A DNA stretch of 63,626 nt, the filler included, from Octopus bimaculoides (Eukaryota), in NCBI RefSeq assembly GCF_001194135.2. It is 7 parts of 6 records of this genome, joined end to end, with 100 filler letters (N's around TTAATTAATTAA, not from the genome) between each part and the next. Parts side by side here need not be neighbours in the genome. Positions count along the whole stretch, not along the records: positions 1 to 18,777 come from NC_068981.1; 6 more parts are not named here. One strand, written 5' to 3'. The translations under genes and the position numbers were made by a program. This document shows positions 1-11,080 of the stretch, one piece after another. Each line of letters opens with the position of its first letter. The first letter of the stretch is position 1. Below the pieces are notes generated by a model. It was not told where the DNA came from, made no database searches, and saw only the letters and a list, made by a program, of their open reading frames with translations.

Positions 1-1639
1 TATATATATACACACAACGTACATTTTGGAATAGAGAGAGAAGTGAGTGAGGGAAGGAGGGAGAGGGAGAGGGAGAGAGAATTGTTTAATATTTAAATGT
101 CACAATTTACTAAAGTAGGTTTAAATGGATGGCAGCTTAGAATTATTATAATTGGATGAAGAATCGTCCACTAACCTTTCAGACATTTTCAGAGAATTAC
201 CATCTTTAAACAGTTTTGTTTTGTAAGAAAAGAGATGAATGACAAGGAAATTTACCAACTTGGAAGACGAATATCTTTCTGTTTGATTTCACTCGTCTCT
301 TGCAGTGAAGAGCTCTTTTCTAAATCAAACAAAGCCGGAATATTTTCGCCACTCATCACTTTCCTTGATTCCTTTTCTCACCAAACTGATTATTATCATT
401 CTTTAATGGTAAAATTATGATATCAGCTTGGTATTAACGTCATAAATTATATTTCCATTGCAAGTAATATAATATTATCGACAATTAGAATATTTTTTTT
501 TTACAGGTTGCGTCGTTTGCTTTTCGTTATCTTCGTTTCGTTGAAACACATTTCAGGTTTCACAAGCGATCCGGTGTCATTTTAATCAACTGGAAAATAC
601 TTGTAAAATCAACGGCTAATCAATACGCCCGATAATCGATCTCATTCCCTGCGCAGATCAAAATCCGAACACGATATTTTATGTCACTGATTTTATTATC
701 GTAACTGAAGCTCTCAGGAATGCTGAATGAGATTCCGTTATTCCTTCTGTCAGTAAACTGCCATTATTTCATGCCATTGATGGACGCAATCACCGTCTGG
801 AAGATAGGAATAGCCCAGTCCCATATTCTTGGAATATACCACTCACATCATTGGTGTAACGTCTCTCTCGAGACCTCTACCGGACTTTTACTAAAGAATA
901 AAGATGAATTAGAATAATTGATTGATGAAAAAGAATATAATTTATTGAATCATTGAAAAGATAGAGCCAGTCAGGTATGGTTATATGGACTTAAACGACC
1001 ACGTATGATTGTGTAAGGCTGTGCGCGCGCATGTGTGTGGTGGGGACGCAGTATGGTTTGGTTGTAACCAATCAGGAATTGCAGAAGGATAAAAAATTTT
1101 TGTTTCAATGACGTTGTATAGTATTTCATATCGCTATACAATACCTTAGGTCGCTGTCTTCCATCAGAGTCTCGAGTCTACCAAAACCGTGTCAGTAAAA
1201 TTTGGTTGACGGAAATTGAGTGGGAATCTGCTGGAAGGCTACCTCTATTCCTGAGCAAAATTTGATAAACCGAAACGGTGTGGAAGTCTGCCAGAAGGAT
1301 TGCTTCTATGCGTGGAGGTTAGACCTAATCTGTGGCCTGATTTAACATTCTCGCCTGGATATTGCTTAAATGTAGCCATGTCTACCTTGTTGCAGACATT
1401 CTGGTCATATAAGTGGTTTAAAGAGGACCCTCACCCTTCCTCCGAGCATGCAAATCCCAAAGATACTGGGTAAAGGGACCTGGCCAGTCACTATCCAATC
1501 AAAATGCCGGAATCAAACTAGTTTGTTAGAATTTGAGTTTCTCTTAAACAACTCACAGAGAACCAATTTTAAAATAGTTCAGTTGGTGTAAAAGAGGGAA
1601 GCAAAATGTTTATCAATTCTAATTCCTTTTATAGTGATC

Positions 1640-1785
1640 TATGTATGTATGTATGTATGTATGTATGTATGTATGTATGTATGTATGTATGTATGTATCT
1701 ATCTATCTATCTATCTATCTACCTATCTATCTATCTACCTATCTGTCTGTCTGTTTGTCGGTCTGTCTGTCTTTCTGCCTGCCTG

Positions 1786-1835
<50 letters not shown>
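1640..1835. repeat. Compound microsatellite (ATGT)n-(ATCT)n-(GTCT)n
   Basis: Read directly. Similar compound arrays lie at 7410-7620, 21180-21330, 37305-37365 and 59430-59580. Confidence 0.95.
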
Positions 1836-2734
1836 CTGGCCTTCAACGCCAAACACGAAGGGTGTGTTGTCAGGGCTAGGATGCCTGCTCTAAGGAACGA
1901 AGGTGTTGAAGCCGCGCGAGAGGCCCGGGTGGCGGAGGCGCAACAGGGCAACAGAACCACCATTCGAGCCAAGTAAAATGTGTGAGGCTTTTCAACAGCA
2001 TTTTGCCCGACTGTTCNNNNNNNNNNNNNNNNNNNNNNNNNNNNNNNNNNNNNNNNNNNNNNNNNNNNNNNNNNNNNNNNNNNNNNNNNNNNNNNNNNNN
2101 NNNNNNNNNNNNNNNNNNNNNNNNNNNNNNNNNNNNNNNNNNNNNNNNNNNNNNNNNNNNNNNNNNNNNNNNNNNNNNNNNNNNNNNNNNNNNNNNNNNN
2201 NNNNNNNNNNNNNNNNNNNNNNNNNNNNNNNNNNNNNNNNNNNNNNNNNNNNNNNNNNNNNNNNNNNNNNNNNNNNNNNNNNNNNNNNNNNNNNNNNNNN
2301 NNNNNNNNNNNNNNNNNNNNNNNNNNNNNNNNNNNNNNNNNNNNNNNNNNNNNNNNNNNNNNNNNNNNNNNNNNNNNNNNNNNNNNNNNNNNNNNNNNNN
2401 NNNNNNNNNNNNNNNNNNNNNNNNNNNNNNNNNNNNNNNNNNNNNNNNNNNNNNNNNNNNNNNNNNNNNNNNNNNNNNNNNNNNNNNNNNNNNNNNNNNN
2501 NNNNNNNNNNNNNNNNNNNNNNNNNNNNNNNNNNNNNNNNNNNNNNNNNNNNNNNNNNNNNNNNNNNNNTGTACAGAGGCATCCGTTTGGAATTCTCGTT
2601 AATGGGCATCTATCGAGACCTTTCGACATCGCATGTTCGGTCCGTCAGGGATTCCGCCTCTCGTCGCTTCTGCACATATTGACTCTCGAGCCACTACTGC
2701 GGAAGCTGGCGACGCTGTGGGGCATCTAGCGAGA
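1836..2734 (+). mobile_element. L1/Tx1-clade LINE ORF2 fragments (EN-RT linker and RT), split by an N gap
   Basis: 1836-1976 reads [18 protein letters not shown]...IRAK (linker-like). 2571-2730 reads VNGHLSRPFDIACSVRQGFRLSSLLHILTLEPLLRKL, a decayed RT motif VRQGCPLSPLL. Confidence 0.8.
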
Positions 2735-2780
<46 letters not shown>

Positions 2781-2781
<1 letters not shown>

Positions 2782-3757
2782 CGATGAATTTCGAAAAAAT
2801 TCCACATCGAATCCAATTGACAGAGGATTCGAGTTTGCATGTGGCCGTCGAAGGCGGAAAGCCACGTTGCTACGTTTGCGGTAGCAAAGCACACTTACAA
2901 ATTAATTGCCCACTAGCACAGAAACAACAACAAGATCACGAAAACTAACAACAACAAAACCAAAAGCCGAGCAAAAAACCAGCACTGCTACCCACACTGC
3001 CATATGCATAACTAATTAAACAGCTCTACAAACAAATGAAGGAACATCAGCAACCAAAAAGCCAGCCCAACAAAACAACACCACCACTAGCGCCACCAAG
3101 AACAGAAACACCCCCCCCAACAACAACTTCAAAGGAAGAAGAGAAAACCAAAAACACTCATACCCCACCCCCCAAAACCCATACCCCACTCGCCAAGTGT
3201 CACCAACCAGCACCAACACCAACACCAACAGCAAAGTCAACACACTCAGAAATAGACCCCAATACCCTTCCCCTCCCACCTTCTGATTCCTTCGACATGT
3301 CGTCAGATGGATACGACACAGAGTATTGGCAAGTGGTCGCAGGGGGAAGGAGAAAAAGGGGGGAAAAAAGAATAGAAAAGAAGACAAACAAAGCAGTGAG
3401 GTTTACCACCCCCGAAACCAAAACAGCCGCAGAAAACAAAAGCATCAACACAAACACACTAACACTAAACCCCACAACAATGTTGACAGTCATAAACACC
3501 AACAACCCAGACCTAATGGAATACATTAGGTCAAACACCAACATAACAGAAAATGCTACCAAAACAAAGAATCAGCCACGCACAACATCACCACAACACA
3601 TTAAAATCATACAAATAACACAGAACACACACAGCACACTGAAATCTCTCTACCCGGATGCAGTAGGGAGATTTCAAAAATACCTGTCTAGAAAACTATA
3701 CAAAACCGTCTGGGAGAAGACTGTGAGGTGAAGAACAAATTTCTTTCGGACAGTAAG

Positions 3758-3813
<56 letters not shown>

Positions 3814-4030
3814 GTCTTCCTTTCGTGTGTAAAACACAATTTTCGATAAGAGCATGCTCAAAATAGGAAGTATAAATGTACGTGGCTTGGGGTCGCCTTG
3901 GAAACAAGGCTACCTGTTAAACGACATCAAGTCATAAAATCTGCATATCATAGCCATCAGAGAGGCCAGACTCCACAGCCCGCGGGTACTCCAGCTCATG
4001 TTCGGCGGACATTTCGACATGGTTTCCAAT
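2781..4030 (+). mobile_element. L1/Tx1-clade LINE: ORF1 3' part with CCHC zinc knuckle, (TC)n spacer, and start of the ORF2 APE endonuclease
   Basis: IPHRIQLTEDSSLHVAVEGGKPR-CYVCGSKAHLQINC (CX2CX4HX4C at 2868-2909). P/T-rich ORF 3036-3731. ATG at 3854 gives MLKIGSINVRGLGSPWKQGYLLNDIKS*NLHIIAIREARL (APE N-terminus, with a stop). Confidence 0.8.
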
Positions 4031-5805
4031 TTCAAGAAAGGACTATTATGAGAAGATCAAGAGAAATTTAACAATCAATAGATGTGAGATCAATAAAATT
4101 TCATCGAACTTGACAGGTCCTGTAAAGGGCCCATAACCACCTCATCTATTACAAATGAATTATCTTGTGGACTATGTTTGTGTTTTATATCTAAAAACAT
4201 TCAGGAAACTTTTGACAACAATGGAAGAAGAATTAAATAATCATGTCTAAATCTAGATTGAAGACGAAACAGCTGTCTGTGCTTCAATAAACTGGAGATA
4301 CATTTTAGATGATCTGTACTCCAAAAGAAATGAAAAACAAAATGACTTAAAACTATAAGACATTTACGCCATAAGATGGAGTAAAACTGCCCTCCCCACC
4401 GAAAAATAACATTGTAACTATTTCGCTACTTATGTTGATAAAAATATGATATGGAATCACATTCGAATTAAAGAAACTGTCGTTTGAAAAGATTTAATCG
4501 TGCAAAGATCCACTATTACATATCGTTGAATGAGCTAACATGTTCTTATCATTGGAAGCTTTGCATTACATACGGTTATTACTTAATAGGAGGACTGGCC
4601 ATTTATAGATATAAAAAAGAATATTTGATAGTGGAAAATTACGAAATAAATCGTAAAGAGATTTTAGATTTGCTTATTTCAAAGGAAAAGCTGACCATTA
4701 AAATATAATTTACATATCTTAAAAGCAGCCGATATCGTTAAGTGAGATCAAGGTCTCTCTCAAAGTCTAAGAAACGGCCATTATATGAAATGCAGAGCAA
4801 TCTAAAACTCATTTCTGTTTTAATCATTAATATTCACTTGATGTTTTCCAAATTGGTCTTCATAACTTCCAGAACATGTAACCATATCATATCAACATTC
4901 TGTTGTAATTGTGGATGTTCCAAAGAATTTTCTAGAAAGCACCAATCCGTGAATGATTTAAATATAAGTGTAAAGACATTAATTGTTAAATTATGAGCGA
5001 ACTGCTAAGACTTCCAGTTTAAGGCGATAGTAAATATTACGGGAAACTGGATAGAAAAACAGGTTCATTGCAGGGAGTTGCAAACGTTAAAGAGGGATCT
5101 CTCTTAGGTGGAGAAAGTAAACAGAAGCCTAGCGGTTAGAGATTATCACAGATGAAAAAAAATTAATAAGTCAATCTATCAAAGCGAATTCAGCTGATTA
5201 GAGGAAGTTTGATTTTTGTTTCTAGAAAAGGGGGACGACTATGGACATGTTTCTATCTGTTAAATTTCATCAGTATCGTATAGACTTTTAGCTTATTAGA
5301 AGTAGACAAAAGAGAATTAAAAGAATTAAGGGAAATAACTGAAATTGATCAACGGCATGAATTTGGATAAGTTAAGGTTTGATGTATTGAACACCTCAAG
5401 CAAAAAAAAAAATGAAAGGCGAAGAAACTTTAATCACGTGATTGTCGAGCAACCGAAATTTACTAATATCGTCAGTTTACATTAATTAACAATGTTAATT
5501 AGTATCAAATTACCAGAATATTTGCCTTCCAGATAATATATTATTAATATATTGTTAATTTTTTCGTTTCAATGCGTCATTGTTTTTGTCGAAGAAATCA
5601 CGTCAAAGATTGAACTTTCGAAAGGTTGACACTTTCTTTGAGAGATGAAGAAGTGAGGCTTAAAATGTCTCATTTCACAGCCATAAAACTCAGTAGAATG
5701 AGATAATATCTCTTTAATAATAGTTGATGTAAAAGTTGGCTGGTTGGCTGGTCGATTGATAGAGTTTATAGTCATATTTTACTTTGTATAGAGACATACA
5801 ACTGG

Positions 5806-6030
5806 GTCGAAACTTGCAGCTTCTCTACGTTGATTATAAATTCCCATATATGCCATCAATCATTGGTGTATTTCGTTTATGTTTGGGGATGTCTAAGCCA
5901 CAATATAGACAAACTAGGATTTTCAGCCAAAGAAATCAATCAGATACTTAACATGCTTAACAATTGCAATCTGCAAGTGGAACAGTAAAAATGTGTAAGT
6001 CTTTTCTGATGTTCGATAAGTAACATTTAT
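5806..6030 (+). mobile_element. R4/Dong-like (RLE) non-LTR retrotransposon, 3' ORF end
   Basis: RNLQLLYVDYKFPYMPSIIG...CLSHNIDKLGFSAKEINQIL...QLQSASGTVKMCKSFLMF* (frameshifted); homologous to 9181-9315. Confidence 0.55.
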
Positions 6031-6464
6031 CAGTTTTATCCAAATTCCAGCGAAGCAGTTTTTTTTCATTCTTCTAGAAAGAATTGTAATGAATAAAAGC
6101 AGTGACAACACACAAATGCGCACGCATGCACCCCCCTCGCCAATGTCTATATATATGCATGCATGAATGCGTGTCTATATAAACTGTACACATGTAGGTG
6201 AACTATAGACATAAACATTTTAACTAATTGCTTTTTCATATCAATTTTCAAATTTTATTCATTAATTTTATTTCGTAAAATAGAAATAAGAATAAAATGG
6301 CTTTGCCTGTTGTTTCAATCCAGTGCAACAGACGATTGGCACCTGTTAGTAGAACCGTGCCTCCCACTATAGACCGACGACGTCTCTGGTTCCTACTTCC
6401 ATCCTAATTCTTTGCTATTTTTAGATTTTTAGATTTTGTTTTGTCATTTCACGCCGTTCAAGTT

Positions 6465-6608
6465 CAAATGGTGATGATGATGATGATGATAATGATTGCT
6501 AATATTATTGTTATGTTATTATTATTTATAAAATTGTCATTATTATCATTGCTAATATTGTTATTATTATTATTATTTGTAATCTTATTTTCGTTGCTGT
6601 TGTTGTTG

Positions 6609-6663
<55 letters not shown>

Positions 6664-6714
6664 CATTATTATTATCATTATTATTATTATTATTATTATT
6701 ATCATCCAGTAGTC

Positions 6715-6758
<44 letters not shown>

Positions 6759-6910
6759 TGTAGTGTTGTTATTATTGTTGTTGTTGTTGTTGTTGTTGTT
6801 GTTCTTCTTCTTCTTCTTCTTCTTCTTCTTCTTCTAATTATTATTATTATTGTTATTGTTGCTGCTGCTGTTGTTGTTGTTATTATTATTATTATTATCA
6901 TCCAGTAGTC

Positions 6911-6947
<37 letters not shown>

Positions 6948-6953
6948 CATCAC

Positions 6954-7050
<97 letters not shown>
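6465..7050. repeat. Compound trinucleotide array (ATT/GTT/CTT/ATC)n
   Basis: Read directly; contains a duplicated atcatccagtagtctt junction (about 6700 and 6897). Confidence 0.95.
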
Positions 7051-7532
7051 GTTTGCAATGAAGTTTTCCTGTTTTACTTCTGTTTCGTTTTATTGTTTTT
7101 TTTTTATTTTCTCCTCTCCATGTTGATGTCTCTACCGACATAACACACTTCAGCTGTCTACTAGAACCAGACATGATGCAATGTAACCAGGGTACCTCAA
7201 CAACCTGCTAAAAACAACAGTTAAATCTTTCTCAAAATCATTTGACCGTCATAGAAAACGGTAGATTAGATTGTGCAGTCATCAGTTATTCACACTGGGA
7301 TGACTTTGATCATTGGCCCTCCTCGATCAGGGCTAGCCTGGGGTTAAACATGAACAATGACCATAACTATCAGATCTGATGGATATCTGTCTCTTTGCCT
7401 ATGTATGTATACGAGTATGCATGTATGTATGTATGTATGTATGTATGTATGTATGTATGTATGTATGCATGCATGTATGTATGTATGTATGTATGTATGT
7501 ATGTATGTATGTATCTATCTATCTATCTATCG

Positions 7533-7583
<51 letters not shown>

Positions 7584-7699
7584 CATCTAGCTAGCTAGCT
7601 ATCAGTCTGTCTGTCTGTCTGTATATTCATACATACGTAATACAACGTACATAGTACATACACATACGTATATACATACATACTGTTACATCACATCAC

Positions 7700-7955
7700 A
7701 TCTCGAAGACAAATCTTTCGCAACACAAGACCAGAAACTACTACAGAATATCTCTAATAACCGGAACACGGAAGTTCTTAAACTGTCAAGATGCAACCCA
7801 AGATGTCGATTATGCACGTCTTTTATGGGCGACATTAAATATGGCATCAGCAACTGTCCAGAAACGCAATCGTAGTATTACATTCCATTGAGGCATGATG
7901 TTCTTACTAAAATAGTATACAATACCATCCGCAGAAAGTACTGCCCTGGAGATAT
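7700..7955 (+). mobile_element. R4/Dong-like non-LTR retrotransposon, C-terminal zinc-finger region
   Basis: FATQDQ...PRCRLCTSFMGDIKYGISNCP...YYIPLRHDVLTKIVYNTIRRK, the decayed CRLC...C...RHD signature of RLE-bearing elements. Confidence 0.7.
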
Positions 7956-8005
7956 ATATATAAACAACGCCTCTGCTTTTCAATACATACATACACAGAT
8001 AAATA

Positions 8006-9118
8006 ACGAGGTGGTATCAGAAAATAACTTATTTACCTGAGTTTTAACATCATCTCCTTCGAAAGAGTCACCTTGCGCAGGAATACACCGGTTCCAGCGT
8101 TCCTGCCACTTTTAGAATCCAGCCTGGAAGTCATTTTCCGTAAGCAAGGCGAGAACCTTCTAAAATTCGCTTTGGATCTCGACAACGATGTTAAAACAGT
8201 GACCTTTGAGCTGCCTTTTCAACTTGGGGAAGAGATGGAAGGCCGCCGGTGCTAGATCTGGCGAATAGGGCGGGTGTGGAAGCGAGAAACTCACAAGTGA
8301 GGAGAGTTTGGTGACAGGGTACATTGTCGTCGTGAAGAATCCAATTCTTTGCGCTCCACAGATTCGGTTGTTTTCACTGAATGACCTCCTTCAAACACTT
8401 CAAAACGTCACAGTAGAACTCTCGATTGACGGTCTGGCTCTAGAGGGGACGAATTCTCGATGCACAATACCGCGGATGTCGAAAGAAACGATGAGCATGC
8501 TCTTGATTGAGCTGCGGTTCTGTCGTGAATTCTTCGGTCATAGAAATGAAGGGCTCTCTCTCATTAGGACGACTGCTGGTTCGTCTCAGGGTCGTCACCG
8601 GTGATGATCTTCTACATGAAGTATTGGTCATCAGCCGCACGCTGACGGAGATATTGGCAGACTTCGACGCAATGTTCTTTCTGCTCCTGTGGTCAGCAGG
8701 CGTGGGGACAAACTTGACAGAGACACGCCGCATGTTCAATTCAGACGTTAGGATAGCCTGCACGGACCCATAGGACAGACCAACAACATCAGAAATGCCG
8801 TTGATTGTCCTCCAACGATCCTCATGCACAAACTGATGAATTTTCTCCGCATTTCCGGGAGTGACGCTCGTGACAGGTCTTCCAGATCACTCATCGTCAT
8901 CCAGGGACATTCTTCCACTTTTAAAGCGTCCATGTCACTCGAAACATTGTGTACGACCCATTGCCTCGTCGCTGCCGTAAGCTTGCCGAAGCATGCGCAA
9001 TGTCTCTGTAGTAAACTTCTCAAGTTTAACGCAAAATTTGACGTTGGATCTTTGTTCCAACTTCCTGTCCATGACAAAATCGCAAAAAGCTAGTCCGGGA
9101 ACGTTTTCATACCACATA
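8006..9118 (-). mobile_element. Near full-length decayed mariner transposon (D,D34D-type transposase pseudogene)
   Basis: ATG at 9072 gives MDRKLEQRSNVKFCVKLEK..., then SGRP, VSVKFVP (WVP-like), ITGDD, WILHDDNVPCH and HPPYSPDLAPAAFHLF (third Asp mutated to Ala), ending WQERWNRCI...FEG. Multiple stops and frameshifts. Degenerate TIRs gaggtggtatcagaaa / ttttcataccaca. Confidence 0.92.
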
Positions 9119-9180
9119 CATGCATACATACATACATACATACATACATACATACATACATACATACATACATACATACA

Positions 9181-9315
9181 AACCTGAGTGACAATTTGGA
9201 TAAGCTGAAGTTTTCAGAAAAACAAATCAACCAACTGATTCGCACATTACAAATACAATCTGCAAGTGGAACCGCAAAAGCATGCAAAACTTCTCTCAAC
9301 TTCACAATGTGTTGA
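9181..9315 (+). mobile_element. R4/Dong-like non-LTR retrotransposon, 3' ORF end (probable continuation of 7700-7955)
   Basis: NLSDNLDKLKFSEKQINQLIRTLQIQSASGTAKACKTSLNFTMC*; same family as 5806-6030. Confidence 0.55.
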
Positions 9316-10036
9316 TGTTTGTTATCTATATTCCAACGGTGGAGCTTTATGTGTTTGTTAGAAACCAGGTCCTTTCTGACAAGAAAATTTCAAATAATTA
9401 AAATTAGAAGAGAACCTAGATATCAACACAAGGAATATTGGTGTTATATTTCTACCAAAACTTATACCAAATGTTATGTCCTATCTAGATATTCCGTTTG
9501 TTTTCCTGTAATAACTATTTGTTGGACCAAGAAATTATTTTAAACATATGTTCCAAATAGAGATTGGAACATGTTTTATCAGTCAGTATTCTTTTAAAAA
9601 TTCTTTTGGGGTTACCATCTTGTAAACATTGTTTATCTTATTTTTGGAATACCACATTGAAGTCACTCATTATATTTTCCGTTTCCCCCCTTCAGACTTG
9701 TCTTAAAATTTTACAAGAGGCAGATGTCTCAAATAACAGATTTTGTCTCAAGTGTTTGTTATTTGTTATCTTGGTCAATCTCCGTTCCTTCCAATCTCGA
9801 CTTTCTTCCCGTCCATCTATCTTCATCAGCCATTTCCAATCTAGAGTTTCAACAATTAATTTCTTAGATTATATTTCTATTTCTCCGGCTATGTTTACCA
9901 TGAAACGCTGTCCACATTTTCATCATCTGCCGAAATCTATGCTGTATCATTATCAAAGATGTTTTCATATAAGTTTTTGAAGTTAAACTTAAAGATAATC
10001 GAATGCAGACGATCAGCAGGTACACACTCATGTGAA

Positions 10037-10079
<43 letters not shown>

Positions 10080-10879
10080 GAGAGAGAAAGAAAGGAAGAG
10101 AGTGAGAAGGAAAGAGTTTTCTTTTCATTACAATTATCATTGATGAGTTTGGAAAATTTTAGTTTTGAGTTCGCATTCTGCTGGTGTCGACTTTGCCTTT
10201 CATACTTCCTAGATCGATAAAATAATTACTAAATTACCAGTCATGTACTGAGGTAAGAATTAACTACTCGGTCACATATTTGTGTCAACTTATATAAAAT
10301 TGATCTTTTCCAATGAACCTACAGTATTATTGCTACTGGTTTAATGATATCTCACGCTGACTATATTCTGGATCTGGTGAATAACACCTCTATATTAATC
10401 AGTTTCATCAAAATATCAGTGTTGTAACTGGGGTTGATCAAGGTCACAGCGGGTGAGTGATTTGATGTAAACAGTAACGTGTTAAAATCTAAAAAAGCAT
10501 TTTAAGATTTTTCTTGTTATGTCGACCAGGTTTGAACTGTGAATAAATGTTTATATCTTGCGATCGTCTTATTCAAGTCTCAACCGTGAGCGTTTAAGCG
10601 GGAAAAAGTATTTTTCCTGGTTTATTCCGGTGTCAAGAGTAGGAGTCATAATATTGGCAAGAGCCGCCCCCACCCTACACTGAATAAATAAACGAAGTTA
10701 ATTAGAAGTTAAAGATTGATTAAAGCTAACAACAACAAACTAATTGTACTTCCTTATGGTACCTATTCTCAGTATCTGGACTGTGAATGGTATGCCACTT
10801 GATTGGCTAAAATAGCAACTTCACGTGATCACATGATCGAATAGACTATAGGATGTAGTTCTACATCGGTAGTTACCAT

Positions 10880-11080
10880 ACACTTTGCATCATTTATTTT
10901 TAGCTTTCGAATCGGAGGGATAATCCGTCGCAGAGTGTACCCATTTACAGCCGAGTAGACTGAAGCAACGTGAAAGGAAATGCTTTACTCAAGAACACAA
11001 CACACTGTTTTGTCCGGGAAACGAACACAAGATCTGGTGATCGTGAGTGTAGCATGCTAACCACTAAGCCATGCGCCTTC
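10880..11080 (-). mobile_element. tRNA-derived CORE-like SINE
   Basis: gagtagactgaagcaacgtgaaa...ctcaagaacacaac...taaccactaagccatgcgcc, i.e. a reversed tRNA-like head plus a CORE-like body. Confidence 0.6.

Noticed and set aside
10325-10452. Plus-strand segment bounded by cag| and |gtgagt
   Set aside because: Stops in all three frames and no homology to PLBD2.
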